From: Azolla caroliniana
Taxonomy: Eukaryota > Plantae > Polypodiophyta
Assembly: GCA_043228905.1 (NCBI GenBank)
Contig: JBHGNT010000011.1
Location: forward strand, 10,664,001-10,728,000
Direction of reading: 5' to 3'
DNA length: 64,000 nt
Position numbers and translations under genes: made by a program
The notes under the pieces: generated by a model
The model's database searches: none
Told to the model about the DNA's origin: nothing
The model's input: only the letters and a program-made list of their open reading frames with translations
Part shown: positions 58,056 to 64,000 of the stretch, piece by piece
How positions within the stretch are numbered: the stretch's first letter is position 1
Layout: every line of letters begins with the position of its first letter

Positions 58056-60989
58056 TCATTGTTCACCCGAATTGTCCAAAATACTTGGTTCAAGAATTTC
58101 CGCTTGTTCTTTCGGTTGTGGTTGTTGCGGCTGTGCTTGCTGCTGCTGCTGTGATTGCGGTTGTGACTGAGGTTGCTCCGGCTGCTCAGTTTGTCTCTCT
58201 GGCTCCTGCATCTCCGTTTGACTGCTTCCGGTCCGGTCTCCTTCCAGTAATGGTTCCTCATCACTGAGGTTGACCGTAACTGGTTCTCGTTCTTTCTCTC
58301 CCCGGATCCGGGACCTCTCGTAGCTTTCAAACTGGATCTGCGCCTCCAGCCTGTCGTCGTCCAGCTGAGCTACAAGTTGCCGGACTTGCTCTAATTGGTC
58401 TTCTGCCAAGGCTTGAAAGTCTTCGGCCAGCTCATCTCTTATGCCGGTGAAGTCTTCGGAAGTCAGCATATAGCAATCATCTCCCTCCTTCCGCCGGTTC
58501 TCTACGTCAGCCCGGAGCAATTGGAGTTCCGCCGCGTTCGTGGCCCACTTGGTCCACCATTTGACGGAGCCGTTGTCAATCAAGCTCTTGGTCTGGTTCA
58601 ACCAGGCCCGCATTATATCTTGGATGCGACTTGCTCCCATTTGTGCTCTGCTTTCCACCACTTGTCGCTCCTCCTTCAACTGCTTGATGAGATTTGCCGT
58701 ATCCTCCGCCTGCTCCCTGTAGCGCGTCAGCTGTCCTTGATATGTCGTTTGCAGCCTCTGCAGTACCTCCGCCGCTCTTTCTTTTTCCGCCTGCTGTTGC
58801 CTGAGGAGCTCTGTCCGAACCTTCTCCGCCTCTTCCAACCGTCTTCTGTTTTCCGCTTGTTCCTTGGCGAATGCGGTTGCGGTCCGATCAACTGCTTGCC
58901 GGAGCTCATCCGTCCGTTCCTTGTGCTCCGTTTGCAACCGTTTATACTCCCGGTGCAATTGCTCAAATTCCTCCGTTTTTTGTTTGAGCTTGCCGTTGAT
59001 CTGGCGATTGTTCCGGTCCTCCCGGTCCTTTACCTGCCGGAGTTCCTCTTTCAGGCGCTCTACTTCTGTTTCGGCGTTCCTCCGGAGCTTGTCCTTCTCT
59101 TGCAGCATTTTCTCCTTTTCCTCCTTGAGCCGGTCGTAAGCTTGGTGGCCTTTCCGTAAGCTCTCCTCGGCCCGGCGTAGATTCTCAGCAGTCTTTTTGA
59201 GTTCTGCCTCCGCTGCCGTCTTCAATTCTCTTTCGCGGCTCCTCAGCGCTTCTTGGGCAGCAAGCTCATCCTTTAAATCCGCAAGCTCTTGGGCTTGTGC
59301 CGCATTTCTCTCCGGAACGGTTTCCGTTGCCGGGGTCTGATTGCTATGTAAAGGTTGATTTGATACTTTATTCTGTACATTGCCCGGAGTCACCGGTGCT
59401 TGGACTTGTGTTTCCCTTGTGACCCTGTCCAAGTCTTCTTCAAGGCTCCGGATTCTGGACCGGGCCGTCTCTAGATCTACGGTTGTGACGAGCAACCGTT
59501 CCTGGTGCGTTCTCTCTTCCGCCTCTATATACTCGACCACTCCGGCGATTTGCTCGCCTACCCACCGTAGCCACATGCTACTGGTGCCCTGTTGCTGTAC
59601 TGGTCGAGTCGCCTCATTCACCGTGGAATTGTCTGGCCTGATTGCCTGCATATGCCATTCTGGTTCTACTCCTTGGCCGCCGTGTGCTCTGGCTGGGCTC
59701 GCCGGCTGTTGAGTTCCGGTTCTCGCCGTCTCCGGAGCCGTTGGACTGACTTCTTCTATAGAAGTCGACAAGACCGGTTCCCTACGTACCGGTTCCGGTT
59801 CTTCCCTTGTGGTTTGCTCAGGTTGAGTTGGGGGCGTCTCTGCCTCTCGCGGGTACAACCGCTCCCCTCCTGCCTCGGCGATCCTACTTCTTGACCGTCG
59901 TTGGAGGTGCTCTTCTGGCTCCTCCGTTTCCTCTTCCTGTGTCACGGCATGTTTCGGTGCCGTCAAGGGTTCCGGTTCCTTCTGTCCCGGTCTCCGTAAG
60001 GTTATCTTGACGGGTCGGACCGGTGACACCTCCTCCGGTTCTGGGGCCCGTTTCTTTCCTTTCGTCGCCTTCGACGCCAGCAGCTGCTGTCGTTTGGACG
60101 CCGGCTTCGAGGTGCTCCCTTCCGATACTCTTGGCCGCTTCTTTGGCTGGACGGTCTCCACCGGCGGCACGAGCAATGTTATCCATTGAGCTACGGCGTG
60201 CCACAGCTTCCGGCCCTCCTTGCCGTCCTTCCCTCGTACCATGTCGATTGCCATGCACAGCCCGTCTGCAATCAGCACCGGCCAGTCCACCTTGACCCCT
60301 TCATAGGTGGCTATGATCATCCCTGCCCGATTTTTTGGCATGACAGGGGGTCGGGGGTACACGTGACCGTACTCATGCAGCACTCGAGCTATCTCCCTGA
60401 ATAGCGGATCTTCGCCGCCCTGCGTCCGATAGCCTTTGCCGGCAACAGAGTACTCACCGAAATATCGGGTGAGTTGCTCCGAGGTTGGGTTATCGATCTG
60501 AAAGATTCCTCCCTCCGGAAGGCCTGTTAGCGCGCGGATCGCTTCCTCGGTGATGACCTCTGTGGCGAGCTCCTTGATGACCCGGTCGGCTTCTCTGTGC
60601 GGCGGTGCCTCCATGATGGCCAAGAACCCCTCCAGTCCGTTTTGCCTGAACCATTTCCTGGCCGCTTCCGACAGCGTTTGGGGTTCCATGTCTGCTTCAA
60701 GGTCGAGGGAAGATGGCGAGGTAGAGTGGTGATGAGAGTGAGAGCGAGAGAGAGAGCGTTCTGAGCGCGGAGGTTCTCTGCGTGCAGGTTCGCGTTTGCT
60801 CAGCTTCCACTGTCTTGGTGCTTCTGTGCTTCTTGGCTCGCGAAATGAAAAGGTCTCCATGCGTTCTGCTTCTTCTTTGTGCGTTTTGGCGCCTTTTTCG
60901 AGCATGCACACGTCGTGTACCCATTTAGTATTAAGTAGCGTGGCGTCTCTTAAATGCCCACTACGTACCTTTTCGCGCCTCGCTTTCAC
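58056..60989 (-). CDS. Extra ORF downstream of pol: N-terminal globular region, P/E/R-rich linker and long coiled coil; function unknown
   Basis: Uninterrupted ~2.9-kb frame between pol and the LTR, on the same strand as pol. The true start may be a downstream ATG (about 60905 or 60861). ITEEAIRALTGLP resembles accessory ORFs of Athila/Tat-like elements. Confidence 0.75.
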   Translation of the reverse strand: MKARREKVRSGHLRDATLLNTKWVHDVCMLEKGAKTHKEEAERMETFSFREPRSTEAPRQWKLSKREPARREPPRSERSLSRSHSHHHSTSPSSLDLEADMEPQTLSEAARKWFRQNGLEGFLAIMEAPPHREADRVIKELATEVITEEAIRALTGLPEGGIFQIDNPTSEQLTRYFGEYSVAGKGYRTQGGEDPLFREIARVLHEYGHVYPRPPVMPKNRAGMIIATYEGVKVDWPVLIADGLCMAIDMVRGKDGKEGRKLWHAVAQWITLLVPPVETVQPKKRPRVSEGSTSKPASKRQQLLASKATKGKKRAPEPEEVSPVRPVKITLRRPGQKEPEPLTAPKHAVTQEEETEEPEEHLQRRSRSRIAEAGGERLYPREAETPPTQPEQTTREEPEPVRREPVLSTSIEEVSPTAPETARTGTQQPASPARAHGGQGVEPEWHMQAIRPDNSTVNEATRPVQQQGTSSMWLRWVGEQIAGVVEYIEAEERTHQERLLVTTVDLETARSRIRSLEEDLDRVTRETQVQAPVTPGNVQNKVSNQPLHSNQTPATETVPERNAAQAQELADLKDELAAQEALRSRERELKTAAEAELKKTAENLRRAEESLRKGHQAYDRLKEEKEKMLQEKDKLRRNAETEVERLKEELRQVKDREDRNNRQINGKLKQKTEEFEQLHREYKRLQTEHKERTDELRQAVDRTATAFAKEQAENRRRLEEAEKVRTELLRQQQAEKERAAEVLQRLQTTYQGQLTRYREQAEDTANLIKQLKEERQVVESRAQMGASRIQDIMRAWLNQTKSLIDNGSVKWWTKWATNAAELQLLRADVENRRKEGDDCYMLTSEDFTGIRDELAEDFQALAEDQLEQVRQLVAQLDDDRLEAQIQFESYERSRIRGEKEREPVTVNLSDEEPLLEGDRTGSSQTEMQEPERQTEQPEQPQSQPQSQQQQQAQPQQPQPKEQAEILEPSILDNSGEQ

Positions 60990-61069
60990 ACCCGTTCATA
61001 CCTCGATTTTTAATGATGTTTTTTTTTTTTTTTTTTTTTTTTTTCAGTCTTTAATGACGGTGTGTGACC

Positions 61070-64000
61070 TTACACATCCGTAGGTCCCTTCGGACCCTGA
61101 CCGTTTTCCTTCCGGGTTGCCGTGTCTTCCTTTGTCTCTGCTACGGGTTCCCCGTCGTCTTTTTCTTCCGGATCGATCCGTACCGATCCCGGACAGGTTC
61201 CTGGTGTAGTGCCGGTGAGCTGCATAAACGGGTTCTTTGGCATCGGTCCTTTATAGGGTTTTAGTCGAAATCCGTTTACCCACTTGCCTAGTACTTCACC
61301 GGCAAGTGTCCCTATCTGATAGGACCCGTTGTATTCCCGTGTCAGCCAATACGGGCCTGTCCATCTGAACCGGAGTTTACCCGGCATTTTGCCCATCCTC
61401 GTTTGGAAGACTAGAACCGGCTTTCCGATTTCGAACATCTTTTCGTTACCTTTTCGGTGACGGTCAACGAACGCTTTCCGTCGTCGTTGCTCCAGTTCCA
61501 TGTGGAGGATGCTGGCCAGCCGTTGCTCCTCCAGTTCGCATAGTGCTGCTAGCCGCATTTCCTCCGACTTCTTTTCATTCAGGCGTTCCCGTAGTTGGAT
61601 CCGTAAGCTTGGTACCTGAAACTCGACCGGCATGACCGCTTCCAAGCCGAATGCTAACCGGAACGGTGTTGTCCGGATACTTGTTTTGTATGCCGTTCTG
61701 TACGCCCATAGCGCGCTATTGAGCTTTGTATCCCAGTCCGTCCGGTTTTCGTTGACGATTTTGCGGAGAATGTTCTGCAGCGTTTTGTTGGTGGATTCCG
61801 CCAACCCGTTCGCCTGTGGGTAGTACGGTGTGCTTCTTTTATGCACCACGGCATAGAACGTTGTTAAGCTTTCCACTACCTGGCCGAGGAAATGCCCTCC
61901 TTGGTCGCTGATCAGTTCAATCGGACATCCATATCGGCACCAAATGTTTTCGTATAGGAATTTTGCTGTGGATGACGCGGTGTTGTCTCTCAGGGCCTTA
62001 GCTTCCACCCATTTCGTGCAATAATCCGTTGCCACGATGACATAACGATTACCCGTTCTCATTGCCGGTGGCTTGAACGGTCCGACAAAATCCAACCCCC
62101 ACTTCTGGAATGGCTCTAGTGGAAGTACCGGTTGGTGTGGCATTCGTGCTTGCTCCGTAGGCTGGCCCATTCGTTGGCATAGGTCACATTCCTTAGCATA
62201 CTTGACGGCGTCTTTTAACGTCGTGGGCCACCACAAGCCGCTCTGCCATACTTTCCTCGCCGTCGCTTCCCCGGCATAGTGTCCTCCGGCAACCCCACAG
62301 TGTGCTTCCCGTAAAATTACTTCTTTCTCGTCACTACGGACTGCCCGTCGCCATATTCCATCTGCTCCTTTGTGGTAGAGAGTGTCCCGTAACAGACAGA
62401 AATTGCGGCTCTGCACCGCCAGTCGTTTCCTCTCGTCCCGGTTCATTTCCTCCGGTGGCAGGCCCGTGCTTAGGAACTGGTGCATGTTTGTCAGCCATTT
62501 ATCTTCTGATGCCACCGTGTCGTCCGCTGCCGTTTCCGGGGTGATACGGAATAACTCCGCGTCCGGGAATTCATCCGCTACTCCGTCGCCTGGTTCTCCG
62601 GACTCTAACCGGCTCAGGTAGTCTGCTACGGCATGCTGGATACCGGGCCGGTGGAAAATCTCGAATTCGAACTCCTGCAACAGCAAGGTCCAACGGGCCA
62701 ACTTACCGGTCAGGGACGCCTTGGAAACTAAGTAGAGGAGCGCCGAGTGATCCACATGGAAGGAGAACTTCCTTCCCAATAGGTAGTGACGAAACTTTGT
62801 GACACTGTAGATCATGCCGAGGGCCTCCCGTTCCGTCGTTGAATAGTTCTTCTCCGCTTGGGACAGCTTCCGGCTGGCGTAATATACCGGCCGGTACCAT
62901 TTGGGCTCCGTAAGCTGCATTAAGGCGCTGCCAATCGCGATGTCGGACGCGTCCACGAACACGTGAAATTCCTTGCTCCAATCCGGAGGCTGTACGACGG
63001 GTGCTTGCGATAAAAGTACCTTCAGGGCATTGTATGCCTTATCCTCCGTCTCCGTCCATTGGAACGGTGTCCGATGTACCGCGGTGTGTAATGGTGTCGC
63101 CAAGTCCGCCAAGTGACGGAGCATCCGGCTATGCCACCGGATTTGTCCTAAAAATCGGCTTAGTGCTTTGGCCGTTTTCGGCGCCGGTGCCCCTAGTATG
63201 GCGTTTACTTTGTCCGGGTCGACCGCAATGCCCTCCTTACTTACGATGTGTCCCAGCAATATTCCACTTGAAACCCCAAAGATGCATTTTGCTGGGTTTA
63301 AGCTTAGCCGGTATAACCTGCACTTTTCAAGGCATAACCGTAGGTGCTGCAAATGGTCTTTTCCCCGGCTATAGACTGCAAAATCATCTAGGAAAACTTG
63401 CATGAAGGCAGGAATGTATTCGCCGAAGATCTCCATGATGATTCGCTGGAACGTTGCTGGTGCCGTTTTTAGGCCGAACATCATGACTTCGGCCACAAAC
63501 ACCCCCCATTCGGTGACGAACGCTGTCTTTTCCTGGTCGTCCGGGTGCATCCGGATTTGATTGTACCCGCTGAACCCGTCTAAAAAGCTATAAACTTCAT
63601 GACCGGCGACGGCATCCAGTACTCCGTCCGTGAACGGAAGAGGGAATGCATCCGTAATTGTGGCGGCATTTAGTTTCCTGTAATCAACACACACACGGAT
63701 TTTACCGTTTTTCTTGGGGACGACGACGATGGGGCTTAGCCACGTCGCTTTCTTTACTGGCCGGATGAAGCCCACTCTTAGGAGTTTGTCGATTTCCTCC
63801 TTCACTTTGGCGGCGTAGTTGGGGTTCATTCGGTATCGTCTTTGCGCCACTGGTTTCGCGTCCTTGCCTAAGTGGATCTGATGCTGATATAATTGAGGGT
63901 CCAGCCCTCGCATGTCTTCGTATGACCAGGCGAATACGTCGCGAAACTCCGTGAGAAGTTTGATCATCGCCGCTTTATCTTCCGGCTTCATTTCTTTGGC
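61070..64000 (-). CDS. Gypsy-D pol (RT, RNaseH, integrase), 5'-partial
   Basis: RVCVDYRKLN, LDGFSGYNQI, MFGLKTAPATFQR, FLDDF, VDASDIAIG, HHCC finger, ISDQGGHF, PQANGLAE and WTGPY. Confidence 0.95.
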   Translation of the reverse strand, partial: AKEMKPEDKAAMIKLLTEFRDVFAWSYEDMRGLDPQLYQHQIHLGKDAKPVAQRRYRMNPNYAAKVKEEIDKLLRVGFIRPVKKATWLSPIVVVPKKNGKIRVCVDYRKLNAATITDAFPLPFTDGVLDAVAGHEVYSFLDGFSGYNQIRMHPDDQEKTAFVTEWGVFVAEVMMFGLKTAPATFQRIIMEIFGEYIPAFMQVFLDDFAVYSRGKDHLQHLRLCLEKCRLYRLSLNPAKCIFGVSSGILLGHIVSKEGIAVDPDKVNAILGAPAPKTAKALSRFLGQIRWHSRMLRHLADLATPLHTAVHRTPFQWTETEDKAYNALKVLLSQAPVVQPPDWSKEFHVFVDASDIAIGSALMQLTEPKWYRPVYYASRKLSQAEKNYSTTEREALGMIYSVTKFRHYLLGRKFSFHVDHSALLYLVSKASLTGKLARWTLLLQEFEFEIFHRPGIQHAVADYLSRLESGEPGDGVADEFPDAELFRITPETAADDTVASEDKWLTNMHQFLSTGLPPEEMNRDERKRLAVQSRNFCLLRDTLYHKGADGIWRRAVRSDEKEVILREAHCGVAGGHYAGEATARKVWQSGLWWPTTLKDAVKYAKECDLCQRMGQPTEQARMPHQPVLPLEPFQKWGLDFVGPFKPPAMRTGNRYVIVATDYCTKWVEAKALRDNTASSTAKFLYENIWCRYGCPIELISDQGGHFLGQVVESLTTFYAVVHKRSTPYYPQANGLAESTNKTLQNILRKIVNENRTDWDTKLNSALWAYRTAYKTSIRTTPFRLAFGLEAVMPVEFQVPSLRIQLRERLNEKKSEEMRLAALCELEEQRLASILHMELEQRRRKAFVDRHRKGNEKMFEIGKPVLVFQTRMGKMPGKLRFRWTGPYWLTREYNGSYQIGTLAGEVLGKWVNGFRLKPYKGPMPKNPFMQLTGTTPGTCPGSVRIDPEEKDDGEPVAETKEDTATRKENGQGPKGPTDV

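Larger units (their letters stand above)
57593..64000 (-). mobile_element. Gypsy-D: young non-chromovirus gypsy with an extra 3' ORF; runs off the window
   Basis: Intact pol and a 977-codon extra ORF. The terminus …AATAACA at 57593 interrupts Gypsy-B pol. Probable 3' LTR is 57593-58003 (TGTTA…TAACA on the minus strand). Confidence 0.9.

Noticed and set aside
58395-59159. 254-aa plus-strand ORF and other antisense ORFs over gypsy/LINE coding regions
   Set aside because: These are shadow frames of GC-rich TE ORFs with no recognisable motifs.
61005-61062. Poly(A) tract flanked by C(G/A)TCATTAAA repeats as a truncated LINE insertion
   Set aside because: No LINE body is present and the repeats are imperfect. 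More likely an intrinsic A-rich spacer between pol and the extra ORF.

Overview
Plant nuclear DNA, most likely from a fern or other seed-free vascular plant (inferred from the TE families and gene content). It holds three spliced host genes: a chloroplast-type NAD(P)-binding Rossmann-fold protein (-, 2016-4832), isoprenylcysteine carboxyl methyltransferase STE14/ICMT (+, 22883-30547) and an 11-exon WD40 protein (-, 32563-38337). Most of the remainder is deeply nested transposons: two Ty1/copia elements, two Ty3/gypsy lineages, four solo LTRs, old and young L1 LINEs, RTEX/CR1-group-like LINEs, three hAT derivatives and a pogo fragment. Four observations stand out. (1) A copia element (6070-11136) has two different fold-back palindromes in place of direct-repeat LTRs, yet keeps its PBS, PPT and TSD. 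(2) A tRNA-Trp-primed gypsy lineage carries a conserved antisense tRNA-like A-box/B-box cassette and RY-motif arrays in its LTRs. (3) All four insertions of that lineage group sit at ACG(T/G) sites inside other retroelements, with a 4-bp TSD confirmed at three. (4) A microsatellite-associated LINE family has a covarying 3' stem-loop.
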